Shown: positions 18,530-28,291 of the stretch, one piece after another | Layout of the letters: each line of letters begins with the position of its first letter | Position numbering within the stretch: position 1 is the first letter of the stretch | NCBI GenBank assembly: GCA_963555995.3 | Contig: OY821641.1 | Span: 960,001 to 1,024,000 of the forward strand | Direction of reading: 5' to 3' | DNA length: 64,000 bases | Origin: Vicinamibacteria bacterium | Lineage (GTDB): Bacteria > Acidobacteriota > Vicinamibacteria > Marinacidobacterales > Marinacidobacteraceae | Program-made: the position numbers and the translations under genes | The notes under the pieces: generated by a model | What the model was told of the DNA's origin: nothing | Seen by the model: the letters and a program-made list of their open reading frames with translations, nothing else | Database searches by the model: none

Positions 18530-19963
18530 GTGTCCCTTTCCACCGTTCTCGTCGTCCTCGGGTATCTCGCGGGGATCACCGCCTTCGGGATCTGGGTGGG
18601 CCGGCGCGACCGCTCGGTGACCGGGTTCTTCCTGGCCGGCCGCTCGGCGCCCTTCTGGGCGGTGGCGGCGTGCATCGTGGCCACCGAAACCAGCGTCCTG
18701 ACCTTCACCTCGATTCCGGGGTTCGCCTACGAGGGCAACTTCGGCTTCCTCCAGTTGGCCGTCGGGTTCCTGCTGGGCCGGGTGGGGATCGCGCTGGTGC
18801 TGCTGCCGGCGTATTTCCGCGGGGAGGTGGTGACGACCTACGAACTGCTGCTGAAGCGCTTCGGGACCCGGGTGCGGAGCGCGGCGGCGGCGATCTTCCT
18901 GGTGTACCGGAACCTCGCCGACGGGGTCCGGCTGCACGCGGCGGCGCTCATGGTGGCGATCGTGGCCGGAGTGCCCGAGTGGTGGTGCATCGTGGCGCTC
19001 GCCGCCGCGATGGTGGCGTTCTCGGAGGAGGGCGGGGTCAAGGCCACGATCTGGACCGACGTGATCCAGCTCGGGGTGTACCTGGTCGGGGCGGGGATCG
19101 TGGTGGCGGCGCTCTGGCAGGGGAGCGGTCCCGAACCGCTGGCGTGGATTCCCGCGGCGCGGGAGGCGGGCAAGTTCGCGGTCGCGCTTCCGGTCTTCGA
19201 CCTCACCATCCCCTACACGGTCTGGGCCGGGGTGATCGGTGGGTTCTTCCTCACCTTCGCGACCCACGGGGCGGACCAGTACCTGGCGCAGCGGCTGCTC
19301 GCGGCGCGTTCGCTCCGCCACGCGCAGGCCGGGCTGGTGCTCTCCGGGTTCGGGGCGCTCTTCCAGTTCGCGCTCTTCCTCGGCATCGGCGCCTGGCTCT
19401 GGCACTACTACGGCGGCCGGGAGTTCGCGCGCCCCGACGAGGTGCTGCCGACCTTCGTGGCCGAGAACATCTCCGGCGTGGCGGCCGGGGTCACCCTCGC
19501 AGCGGTGGTGGCGGCGGCGCTCTCGCCGTCGCTGGTGAGCCTCGCGTCCACCACGGTGCGGGACTTCTGGCTGCCCTGGAAGCGCCGCCGGGGGACGGTT
19601 GCGGCGGCTGCTGACGCCGACCGGCGACAGGTGCGGGTGGGGCGCCAGTTCGTCGTGGTGTGGGGGATCGTGCAGACGGCGGTGGCGCTCATCGCGCAGC
19701 GCGCCCCGTCGGCTCTCGAGGCCGGACTCTCCATCCTCTCCTACGCCTCGGGTCCGACGGTGGGCGCGTTCCTGCTGGCGATCTTCTTCCCGCGGGCGCA
19801 GTCCACCGCGGTCCTCGTCGGGATGGGGGGCGGGTTCGCCGCCCCGGCGCTGATCCGGCTGGCGGGGTTCCCGCTCGCCTGGACCTGGGACGTCATGGTC
19901 GGCTCGCTCGCCACCTTCTCGGTGGGGGTGGCCCTCAGCCGCCTCCGCAACCCGGAGCCGTGA
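18530..19963 (+). CDS. Sodium:solute symporter (SSS) family
   Basis: FFLAGRS, IVATETS, GGVKATIWTDVIQ, HGADQYLAQRLL; many TM helices. Confidence 0.92.
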   Translation: MSLSTVLVVLGYLAGITAFGIWVGRRDRSVTGFFLAGRSAPFWAVAACIVATETSVLTFTSIPGFAYEGNFGFLQLAVGFLLGRVGIALVLLPAYFRGEVVTTYELLLKRFGTRVRSAAAAIFLVYRNLADGVRLHAAALMVAIVAGVPEWWCIVALAAAMVAFSEEGGVKATIWTDVIQLGVYLVGAGIVVAALWQGSGPEPLAWIPAAREAGKFAVALPVFDLTIPYTVWAGVIGGFFLTFATHGADQYLAQRLLAARSLRHAQAGLVLSGFGALFQFALFLGIGAWLWHYYGGREFARPDEVLPTFVAENISGVAAGVTLAAVVAAALSPSLVSLASTTVRDFWLPWKRRRGTVAAAADADRRQVRVGRQFVVVWGIVQTAVALIAQRAPSALEAGLSILSYASGPTVGAFLLAIFFPRAQSTAVLVGMGGGFAAPALIRLAGFPLAWTWDVMVGSLATFSVGVALSRLRNPEP

Positions 19964-21495
19964 CCCACTACCGGACCATCCTCGCCGCCTTCCGTTCGTG
20001 GCGGACGCTCTCGGTCACGCTGCTCTCGTTTTCCTCGGGGATTCCGCTCGGCCTCGTCTGGATCGCCATTCCCGACTGGATGCGCGACATCGGGGTGGAC
20101 ATCCGCATCGTCGGGCTCTTCAACCTGGCGCAGATCCCCTGGGCGTTCAAGGTCCTCTGGTCGCCGTTCATGGACCGCTACGTCCCCGGTTTCTGGGGCC
20201 GGCGCCGGGGCTGGATGGCGGTCACCCAGGTCGCGCTGCTCGCGCTGTGCCTGCTGCTCGGGGGCGCCGGGGACCACCCGGACGCCATCTGGGTGGTGGC
20301 GGCGCTGGCGCTGGCGGTGGCGGTCGCCTCGGCTTCGCAGGACATCGTGGTGGACGCCTACGCGGTGGAGGTGCTGCGCCCCGAGGAGCACGGGGTGGCG
20401 GTGGGCGCCCGGGTGGCGCTCTACCGGGCGGCGATGGTGGTCGCGGGAGGCGGCGCGATCAGCGCCGCGGCGCTCCTCGGCTGGGGAGCGGTGAACGCGC
20501 TGCTCGGGCTGCTGTTCCTCCCCTTGATCTTCGTGACCTGGCGCGCCCCGGAGCCGGAAGAGCGCATCCAGCCCCCCCGCACCCTGCGCGACGCGGTCTG
20601 GAAGCCGTTCCTCGAGGCCCTCTCCCGGCCGCGCGCCTTCGAGATCCTGGCCTTCGTCTTCTTCTACAAGTTCGCCGACAACCTGGCCCAGTCGCTCACC
20701 CGGCCGTTCCTGATCGACATGGGCTACGGCGCCGGACACCGGGGGATCGCGCTCGCCACCGTGGGAGTGGTGGTGACCATCGCCGGCACGTTCGCCGGCG
20801 GCCTGTTCACCACGCTCGCCGGGCTGGGGCCGGCGCTGTGGATCTTCGGGGCGCTCCAGATCTTCTCCAACCTCGGCTACTTCTTCGTCGCCGGCGCCGA
20901 GGGGAGCCTCGCCTGGATGTACGGCGCTTCGGCCTTCGAACTGTTGACCGGCGGACTGGGGACCGGAGCGTTTTCGGTCCTCCTGCTGCGGATCACCGAG
21001 AAGCGCTTCTCCGCGACCCAGTACGCGCTCTTCTCCGGGCTCTTCGCCCTGCCGCGCCTGCTCGCGGGTCCGTTCAGCGGGTTCGCGGTGGACGCGCTCG
21101 GTTGGCGGACCTTCTTCCTCTCCACCATGGCGATGGGGATTCCCGGACTGATCCTCCTCCAGCGCTTCTCGCCGCTGGGGGTCCGCGACCCCCGGGTCCT
21201 GCTCGGAACCGGGGACGAGCCGGAGGCGCCCCGGCTGTCCACCGGGCTGGCGCGCCGCTTCGCCGGGTCGGCGCTCCTCGGCGGCGGGACGGTGTTCGTC
21301 TTCGCCGTCCTGCTGGGGGCCCTCAAGGCGATGCGGCTCGAACCCGGGGCCGGCTTCTCCCTGGCGGCGGGGCTCCGGCCGATCCTGGACCCGGCGACCT
21401 TCGCGGACTGGGTCCAGGTGGGAGGGATCCTGGTGCTGGGAGTGATCTCGGGCCTCTTCGGCGCCGCCTTCGCCGCCGCCCGGCGACGGACCTAG
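19960..21495 (+). CDS. ampG: AmpG-family muropeptide MFS transporter
   Basis: FSSGIP, FKVLWSPFMDR, GRRRGW, SASQDIVVDAY, FYKFAD, FSATQYALF. Confidence 0.88.
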   Translation: MTHYRTILAAFRSWRTLSVTLLSFSSGIPLGLVWIAIPDWMRDIGVDIRIVGLFNLAQIPWAFKVLWSPFMDRYVPGFWGRRRGWMAVTQVALLALCLLLGGAGDHPDAIWVVAALALAVAVASASQDIVVDAYAVEVLRPEEHGVAVGARVALYRAAMVVAGGGAISAAALLGWGAVNALLGLLFLPLIFVTWRAPEPEERIQPPRTLRDAVWKPFLEALSRPRAFEILAFVFFYKFADNLAQSLTRPFLIDMGYGAGHRGIALATVGVVVTIAGTFAGGLFTTLAGLGPALWIFGALQIFSNLGYFFVAGAEGSLAWMYGASAFELLTGGLGTGAFSVLLLRITEKRFSATQYALFSGLFALPRLLAGPFSGFAVDALGWRTFFLSTMAMGIPGLILLQRFSPLGVRDPRVLLGTGDEPEAPRLSTGLARRFAGSALLGGGTVFVFAVLLGALKAMRLEPGAGFSLAAGLRPILDPATFADWVQVGGILVLGVISGLFGAAFAAARRRT

Positions 21496-21544
21496 CCTCC
21501 CCGCCGCTCTGACACCCGTGGCACGCGGGCTAGGCTCCCGGCAG

Positions 21545-23728
21545 ATGTCCCGGGTGCGCGTGGCGGTCGCGGTTCTCGCAACCCTCGGCTGGGGCGTGCC
21601 GTCATGGGCCTTCTCCGGCCGGGTGCTCCTCGACAGCGGCGAGCCGGCGGCCGGCGCGATCGTCCAGATCCTGGGGCATCCCGGCTCGGTGGTGACCGAC
21701 GGCGAGGGCCGTTTCGAGTGGCTTCCGGACCCCGCGCCGCCGTTCCACGTGCTGGTGGTCCTTCCCGGAGATCGCTACACCTCCCCGGTCTTCGTCCAGT
21801 CCCTCGACGGATCGCCGGTGGAGATCGAGGTCGAAACCCTCGAGATCTCGGAGAGCGTGACGATCACGAGCGGAGCGGTCCCGCACACCGAGGCCACTCC
21901 CGGAAGCGCCCCGGCGGTCATCTCCGGCGAGGCGATCCGCACCCGCCAGGCCCCCCGGCTCATTGATGTGCTGGAGGCGGTCCCCGGCGGCGGCCGCAGC
22001 AGCGACCTCCATGCCGGCGTCCCCTCCATCCGCGGCATGTCAAGGGGCCGGACGGTGCTGCTCCTCGACGGCGCGCGGATCACGACGGAGCGCCGCGCCG
22101 GGGCGAGCGCCTCGTTCCTCGACCCGTTCTTCCTCGAGACGGTCGAGGTAGTGCGCGGCCCGTCCTCGGTGGCCTACGGCTCCGACGCCTTCGGCGGCGT
22201 CATCCACGCCCGCACCCGGCGCCCGGTCCCCGGGAGCCCCTTGGCGGCGCGCGGCCGGGCCACCCTGGGCGCCGGGCTGCCGGAGGCGAGCTTCGGGGCG
22301 GAGGTCACGGGGTCGGCGCTCGGGGCCGGCCTCCTTGCCCAGGTGCGGCGGCGCGTCTTCTCCGAGTACTCGAGCCCCGAGGGCAGGGTGGCGGGATCGG
22401 GCGCCCGGGATTTCGGTTTCCTGCTGCGCGGCGCGCGGGAGGTTGCGGGCGGCCTGCTCGGGGTGGGACTCCAGGTGGATGCGGCGCGGGACGTGGGCCG
22501 CCCGCGGCGTTCGCCGTCGTTCACGTCCTATCCGTTCGAGGACTCGGCCCGGGTGGTGGCCGACTACCAGCTCGCGCCGCGCTGGGGGTTCGCGCGGCTC
22601 GACGCCACGGGGTTCCTGGGGGCCCACCGTCTCCTGACCCGGCGCGAGGAGGGCGGCAGCGCGGCGGATTCCGAGGTGGCGGCGCATGACTTCATGCTGC
22701 GCACGCGCGGCGTCCGTCCCTTCGGCAACGGCCGTCTCGAACTCGGCGCCGAGGTCCTGAGCCGTTTCGGCCTCTATTCCGGTTCGGGGGTGGACGGCAG
22801 GACGTCGGCCCACCGGGAAGGCGAGGAGTTCGCCTCGGGCCTCGACGGCGCCCTCCGCCGCGAGGCATCGGTGTACGGCCACGCGGAACAGCCGTTCCAC
22901 GCGCGGCTCGCCGGGAGCGCCGGCGCGCGGCTTTCCGGGGTCAGCACCAGGGCGGGAGAGGATGCCCGCGCCGGTACGACCACCAGCCACGGAGCCCTGA
23001 GCGGTTTTGTCGCGTTGCGGGCCGACCTGGCGGACGGGCTCGCGCTGACCGGGCAGCTCTCGCGCGGTTTCCGCGACCCGACCCTGTCGGATCGCTACTA
23101 CGCGGGGATCACCGGCCGCGGGTTCGCCTACGGCAATCCCGACCTGACCCCGGAGCGTTCGCTCCAGGCGGACCTGTCGCTTCGCTACGACGGCGACGGC
23201 GTTCACGGCGGCCTCTACGCCTATCGCTACCGGATCACGGATCTCGTCGAGCGCTACGAGAACGGAGAAGACCTCTACTTCTTCCGGAATCGCGGCGAGG
23301 CCCGGCTCTCCGGCGTCGAGTTCGAGATCCAGGTCGGCGCCTCGGGGGACCCCTTCCTGCTGGATCTCGCCGGCGGTCTGACGCGGGGAAAGACGGAGGA
23401 CGGGGCGGCGCTCGACGGGGTGCCTCCGGCCAACTTCCGGGCGGGACTGCGCCGCCGCCTTCCTGCCCGGAGCTTCGCCGAGGTCGTGCTGCTGGCCTTC
23501 GCCGCCGACCGGGACCCGGGTCCCACCGAGTCGGTCCTGGATGCCTACGCCCGCCTCGACGCCGCCCTGGGCTTCCCGATCACCGGCGGCGCCGAACTGC
23601 GCCTCTCCGGCCGCAACCTCCTGAACGCCGCGTATCCCATCAGCGCCGACGCGCGTGCAGTGCTGGCTCCGGGCAGGAGTCTGGTCGGCACCATCGTCTG
23701 GAACCTCGGGGCGTCGTCGGGGCCCTAG
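21545..23728 (+). CDS. TonB-dependent receptor
   Basis: Signal peptide, carboxypeptidase-reg-like N-terminus, SIRG..LLLDG, VEVVRGPSSVAYGSDAFGGVI, GNPDLTPE, NLLN..Y, PGRS. Confidence 0.92.
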   Translation: MSRVRVAVAVLATLGWGVPSWAFSGRVLLDSGEPAAGAIVQILGHPGSVVTDGEGRFEWLPDPAPPFHVLVVLPGDRYTSPVFVQSLDGSPVEIEVETLEISESVTITSGAVPHTEATPGSAPAVISGEAIRTRQAPRLIDVLEAVPGGGRSSDLHAGVPSIRGMSRGRTVLLLDGARITTERRAGASASFLDPFFLETVEVVRGPSSVAYGSDAFGGVIHARTRRPVPGSPLAARGRATLGAGLPEASFGAEVTGSALGAGLLAQVRRRVFSEYSSPEGRVAGSGARDFGFLLRGAREVAGGLLGVGLQVDAARDVGRPRRSPSFTSYPFEDSARVVADYQLAPRWGFARLDATGFLGAHRLLTRREEGGSAADSEVAAHDFMLRTRGVRPFGNGRLELGAEVLSRFGLYSGSGVDGRTSAHREGEEFASGLDGALRREASVYGHAEQPFHARLAGSAGARLSGVSTRAGEDARAGTTTSHGALSGFVALRADLADGLALTGQLSRGFRDPTLSDRYYAGITGRGFAYGNPDLTPERSLQADLSLRYDGDGVHGGLYAYRYRITDLVERYENGEDLYFFRNRGEARLSGVEFEIQVGASGDPFLLDLAGGLTRGKTEDGAALDGVPPANFRAGLRRRLPARSFAEVVLLAFAADRDPGPTESVLDAYARLDAALGFPITGGAELRLSGRNLLNAAYPISADARAVLAPGRSLVGTIVWNLGASSGP

Positions 23729-23751
23729 CAGCCGGTAGCAAGACCCGCGCG

Positions 23752-23960
23752 GCGTCTCGCCCGTCCTCCGGACGGGTGATTCCGCAGGAGCGCCGGTCTT
23801 CAGGCCGGCATCGTCCCCCGCGGGGGGACGAAACTCCGATGCTTCGTTCGCCGTATGGCAGGGCGTCACCGGAGACGGCGCTCCGCCATGCGGCAGGGTG
23901 ATCACGGGAGTTTCGCCCGTCCGCCGGACGGGCGATGCTGCTCCGAAGAACGGCGCTCCC
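23752..23960. repeat. Cluster of REP-like units forming an inverted (REPIN-like) pair
   Basis: + copy 23787 GGAGCGCCGGTCTTCAGGCCGGCA-TCGTCCCCC..GGGGGACGAAACTCC; degenerate - copy ending 23960; CCCGTCC-NCC-GGACGGG hairpin occurs twice. Confidence 0.75.
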
Positions 23961-24361
23961 GGCGGTCTCCCTCGGTGGCTCGCACCATTTCCGGAACACC
24001 ACGCCAGTCCACAGTGACAGTTTTTGGGATATGCCGTGAACCACAAACGTAACGGCCAACGGACTTCCGACGCCAGTCTTTGACCAGGACCGCGACAACT
24101 CCCGATCGAATGGCTGTCGTAGCGCCACGGACGCTGCCGACCATCGTTCGTGACTGATTGTCCTTACATTCATTACAGCCTGTTTTCGTGGACAGTCAGA
24201 GTATTGGGACTGGTTCGGACGGGCGCCCCGCCGTGAAACAAAGCCAAGTACGTCGTACGAAACAGGGAATCACCCTTTGGTTCGCATGCGGAGTTCGGTT
24301 ACCGCCTGCGATATGTGACACATGAAACTGACACGTATTACGTTGAGATGAGGAATGGACG

Positions 24362-26059
24362 ATGAATCTCACGGTTTCCGAGTTGGCTCTTGCCGTAGGC
24401 AAACAGGAAAACTATGTGCGTCAACACATACATCGGCGTCATCTCACGGTTCGCCGACAGGGACGAACCGTCTGGGTTCCTCTTCACGAGGCCGTGAAGT
24501 GGGCGGCAACCCGGGGACTTTCGTTCGTGCCGCCCAAACGGATCGCCCTGACGTTACTCGACCAGGGGGAAAGGGTCGGGCGGCTCACGGTCCTCGCCTG
24601 GCATCCCGAAAGCGGTCTGGCGCGGAACCTGTTCACGTTTATGCGTCATCGAAAACGCGAGGCCGTGGGACCGTGGTCCGGCAAACCGGATGCAACGTGG
24701 ACCCTGGAGGAGCTCGATGGTGATCTGAGTCTGCTGTCTTTCAACGCTTCGTACGAGGAATGCCAGCAGCACGTCGAAGGCATCCTTCAGTCGGGAGTAC
24801 TTGAGGCGCACGAACTCGAGATTCACTACATCCTCGAAGACAATCCGAGGAACCACTGGGCCTACCGGGACTACCGGCGCCGGTCGGAGAGTTCGATACG
24901 GAGCCCGTTCTCGACGCACAGCGCCGCGATCACCGAGTACTGGAGTTTCGAAGACGAACCTCGCAAGCAGTGGTTGTCGGTGTCGGACCCCCTCGCCGGG
25001 CGATTGCGCGTGGCGCTTCGGCGTCTCGGCTTTCCGCTCGACAGATGTCCGGAACGAGTCGGCAACCTGCTGGTCGCCGGCGCCGAGGACGCGATCACGT
25101 GTCGCCTCACCGCGCATCACGACCGGACGCTTCGACTTCATGTCGAAGCCAGGGGGCTTCTCCCCCAGACCTATCGCGCGACCGTATGGGCAAGTCACAG
25201 CGGGGACGAGGTGCTTCGAAGGGAGGTGCCGGTCATTCCGGGGCAGACGACGATCGAACTCGTTTCCGAGGTGGACCGCGCCGGTTTCGCTGTCTGCCGC
25301 GATTTCGACGGGCAGTACGTGGATCTGGTGGAGAACCTGCCCGGGATGGAGCCGTCCCCTGCGGGGCGGCGGGGCGACCCGCCGCTCCAGCAGGTCCGGG
25401 ATCCGGTGGCGCGCCTTCCGCAGCGGGTCCGGCCGTCTGGTTCGGACGCTGCCGTTTCGGGGCGTCCCGGGCCGACCGTACGGCTCGACCGGGGGATCCG
25501 GCAGCAGTGGCTGCACCGCGTTGCGCATCAGAGGGAGGCCGGGGCTCGCCGCGACGCCAACCTGGTGCGCTTCGGCCCCGGCCGGTTCGCGGACGCGGCG
25601 CGGCATTTCCTCTACCTCGTTTCGCGCGACTCCGACCACCCGGGGCCGACCTACCTGGCCGATCCGTGTCTCGTCGGACACACGCTGGCGGACGAGGTGA
25701 CCCGGCTCTTCGGGGAGATGTGCCAGGCGATGCGGCGCGGGCCGCTGCGGATCCTGTGCGCGGAGCGCCAACCGAACGACGCTCCGACGTGGTGGGCCCG
25801 CTACCTGCGGCAGACCGACGCCGACGTGACCGTGCGGACCTTCGTGAATCGCTCCGATGAGCGGGGGTGCTTTCACGACCGATACCTGATCACTCCCGCG
25901 CGCGAAGTCCTGATCACGAATTCGTTCAACGGCTGGAATCGTTTCGGCGTGACCTTCGTGAGTCTTCCCTACGGGCTCTACCGCGCGGAAGCGGAGAAGC
26001 TGTGGGCTCTGGATCCGGACACCCCCGCCTCGGACGTCCTCGTCCGCGAGATTTCGTGA
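24362..26059 (+). CDS. Hypothetical protein: N-terminal excisionase/MerR-like HTH plus VPA1262-like body with C-terminal PLD-like (HDR) domain
   Basis: LTVSELALAVGKQENYVRQHI..V.R.GR.VWV; LGFPLDRCPERVGNLLV; YLADP...FHDRYLI...ITNSFN; GAGGA RBS. Confidence 0.6.
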   Translation: MNLTVSELALAVGKQENYVRQHIHRRHLTVRRQGRTVWVPLHEAVKWAATRGLSFVPPKRIALTLLDQGERVGRLTVLAWHPESGLARNLFTFMRHRKREAVGPWSGKPDATWTLEELDGDLSLLSFNASYEECQQHVEGILQSGVLEAHELEIHYILEDNPRNHWAYRDYRRRSESSIRSPFSTHSAAITEYWSFEDEPRKQWLSVSDPLAGRLRVALRRLGFPLDRCPERVGNLLVAGAEDAITCRLTAHHDRTLRLHVEARGLLPQTYRATVWASHSGDEVLRREVPVIPGQTTIELVSEVDRAGFAVCRDFDGQYVDLVENLPGMEPSPAGRRGDPPLQQVRDPVARLPQRVRPSGSDAAVSGRPGPTVRLDRGIRQQWLHRVAHQREAGARRDANLVRFGPGRFADAARHFLYLVSRDSDHPGPTYLADPCLVGHTLADEVTRLFGEMCQAMRRGPLRILCAERQPNDAPTWWARYLRQTDADVTVRTFVNRSDERGCFHDRYLITPAREVLITNSFNGWNRFGVTFVSLPYGLYRAEAEKLWALDPDTPASDVLVREIS

Positions 26060-28200
26060 TGCCGGTCAAACCGGGCGGCGCTTCCTCCCTGTCAGCGGAA
26101 GCCCGCGAGACGGTCTGGCGGATCTTCGGGGCCGGAGCCCGGCCGGGGGGCAGGGGCTCGGTATTCGACAACATCGAACCCATGATCCGCGAGCATGTGC
26201 CGCCGGCCGACCGGGACCGCGCCATCGTGACGATCGGCGACTGGTTCGAATCGGGCGCCCACACCCGGTGGCTGAAACCGGACCACGCCGAGTTGGCCGC
26301 CGATCTGGTGATCCAGGGGGTCGGTCCGCGCCGCTCCGAAGATGCCGTTTGGGCGATCGGATCGATCGGAGTCGAACTGTCGGCCGCCATGATCAGGCAG
26401 CGCTGGGCCGGGGAAGAGATCCGAACCCTCGTGGACGCGGCCGTGAACGTGCTGAACCGGACCGAGGCGCACGTGCGGCCGGAGGATCGCTTGCCCGGGT
26501 TGGAGAACGAGGGGGCGGGCAGCTTCCCGGGAGCCGTATCCCGGGACGGGATCGTGGCCGCGTTTGCGCGGCTCGAGGAAGAGAGTCTGGAACTCGTGAA
26601 CCAGGGACTGCACCCGACGGTAGCCAATCTGATTGACCTGGCGGTCGAGCTCTTCCCGGAACAGGTTCCCGCGCTTGTCTCCCGGCTGGCGGCGCCGGCC
26701 ATGCAGGCCAGGGCGGCGCGACGCGCGGTGACCCGGACGCCTCCCGGCGATCCGGGGGCGATCGTCGGATGGATCACCGAACATGCCGCCGATACGGCCG
26801 TTGCGCTCGCCATCGTGCATGTCCTGGGCGCGGCGAGGAAACTGGACGACACCCGGGCGCCGCGAAGCGACCCTTCGCGGGCGCCCGCGGGGAAGGACAG
26901 TCCCGGGCAGGCGCCGGAACATCCCGCGGATGCCGCCGGAAACCTGGTTCTTCGACTCCTGGAGCGTCTGGCGAGCCTGGGCTCGCCGGATTGCCTGCGG
27001 TGGATCGGTGAGGTGCTGAACCAGGCTCCGCGGGCCCTGTCGGCGCCGGGCGCCGGAGAGAAGCCGGGGCTCCTGGCCCGCGTCGAGGACGAGTGCACGC
27101 GACTGGCGGTGAGACGCTTCCGCGAGTCGGGATCCGCGCCTTTGCTCTCGCACTTCCAGGTGGGGCTCCTGCCCGGTCGGGGGAGGCACTGGGTGCGCCA
27201 CCAGGCGGCGATTGCCCGGGCGATGCGCGAATCGGATCCGCGACGGGCCGAGGAGCTCGCGCGGGCGACCCTTGCCGAACACCGGCGACAGTTGGCGGAA
27301 CAGCCGGATGGCCACTACCTGGCCCCCGACTGGGACCGCTGGAGCGATCGGGAATGGCTTGAGGGCCTGGGAACGGCGCTCGCCCTGGGACAGAGGGATC
27401 TGGATCTCCGGGCCTGGGTCGCCAACGAATGCCGGGACCTCCCCCTGAGCGTCTGGGACGCCGAGGAGGATCCCGATGGATTCGCGACGGCGGAGCAGAT
27501 TGCGCAGCACTGGTTCCTGGTCGCGCTGCTCGCGATTCCGCAGCGGCGGGAGTTCGGCCGAGCTCTCGGGCCGCCCGTGGTGCGCGCCCTCGCCGAAGCG
27601 GTCTGGGCTCACTGCAGGTTCTGCCGGCCGTATCTCCCGACCCATCCGGAAGCGTCGGTCGCCGCCGAGTTGGCGGCCCGCTACGCAATGCAGAGCGGGC
27701 GGGACAACGACCAGTGGCTGCTCGACCAGGCGCGCGGCGAAGGCGTGGGTCCCGGAGCTCTCCGCGTCCTGCTGGAGGAGCGGCGATCCCGCCGCCATCC
27801 GCCGGTCGAAGACCTCTCGGACCCTGACGACCTGATCGTGGCGGAACTGGTGCGGATCGCGCTGGACCGATTCGACGATGGCGGCCAGTTCGACCTGGAG
27901 AGCCTTCGCGACTGGGGAAGGCTCTGGCTCCTGGTCGGCGCGGTGGACCCGGCGGAGAGGACGGCCATGGCCATCGTCAGTTTCCCCCTGCGCGCCGCGG
28001 ATCGGCACTCGCGGATCCTGGCGCTCAAGCTGCTCGGGCTGGTCGTTCGCCACCGCAAACCGCGTCCCGGCGTGGCCGAGTACGTGGTACCGCTCTACAA
28101 CCAGCTCTGGCCGGTGTTCGCCGTCACCCCGAACCAGGAAAGGGAAGACCGCGAGGAAATCGAGAAGGCTTTCCTGGGTTCGGACCTCATCGCCGGGTAG
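26059..28200 (+). CDS. Large predicted alpha-helical hypothetical protein (713 aa)
   Basis: ATG 26059 overlaps the upstream TGA (TGATG); Leu/Ala/Trp/Glu/Arg-rich helical pattern with no recognisable catalytic motif. Confidence 0.8.
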   Translation: MPVKPGGASSLSAEARETVWRIFGAGARPGGRGSVFDNIEPMIREHVPPADRDRAIVTIGDWFESGAHTRWLKPDHAELAADLVIQGVGPRRSEDAVWAIGSIGVELSAAMIRQRWAGEEIRTLVDAAVNVLNRTEAHVRPEDRLPGLENEGAGSFPGAVSRDGIVAAFARLEEESLELVNQGLHPTVANLIDLAVELFPEQVPALVSRLAAPAMQARAARRAVTRTPPGDPGAIVGWITEHAADTAVALAIVHVLGAARKLDDTRAPRSDPSRAPAGKDSPGQAPEHPADAAGNLVLRLLERLASLGSPDCLRWIGEVLNQAPRALSAPGAGEKPGLLARVEDECTRLAVRRFRESGSAPLLSHFQVGLLPGRGRHWVRHQAAIARAMRESDPRRAEELARATLAEHRRQLAEQPDGHYLAPDWDRWSDREWLEGLGTALALGQRDLDLRAWVANECRDLPLSVWDAEEDPDGFATAEQIAQHWFLVALLAIPQRREFGRALGPPVVRALAEAVWAHCRFCRPYLPTHPEASVAAELAARYAMQSGRDNDQWLLDQARGEGVGPGALRVLLEERRSRRHPPVEDLSDPDDLIVAELVRIALDRFDDGGQFDLESLRDWGRLWLLVGAVDPAERTAMAIVSFPLRAADRHSRILALKLLGLVVRHRKPRPGVAEYVVPLYNQLWPVFAVTPNQEREDREEIEKAFLGSDLIAG

Positions 28201-28291
28201 CGTCGGACCGCGGGTCCGTCCCTGCCGTGCCCCGGGGTCTGGGGATGCCCGCACTCCCGACCCCGTAACATGGCGCGGCGACCCGCGAACC

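Noticed and set aside
23787-23840. Hammerhead ribozyme in the repeat (stem followed by GAAAC; CTGAAGA on the other strand)
   Set aside because: The CUGANGA core is not on the same strand directly 5' of the stem, and GAAAC is absent from many copies
28200-28291. Cobalamin riboswitch upstream of cobO (also checked before the TonB receptor)
   Set aside because: No B12-box or GGGAA/GCCACTG elements seen, and the leaders are too short
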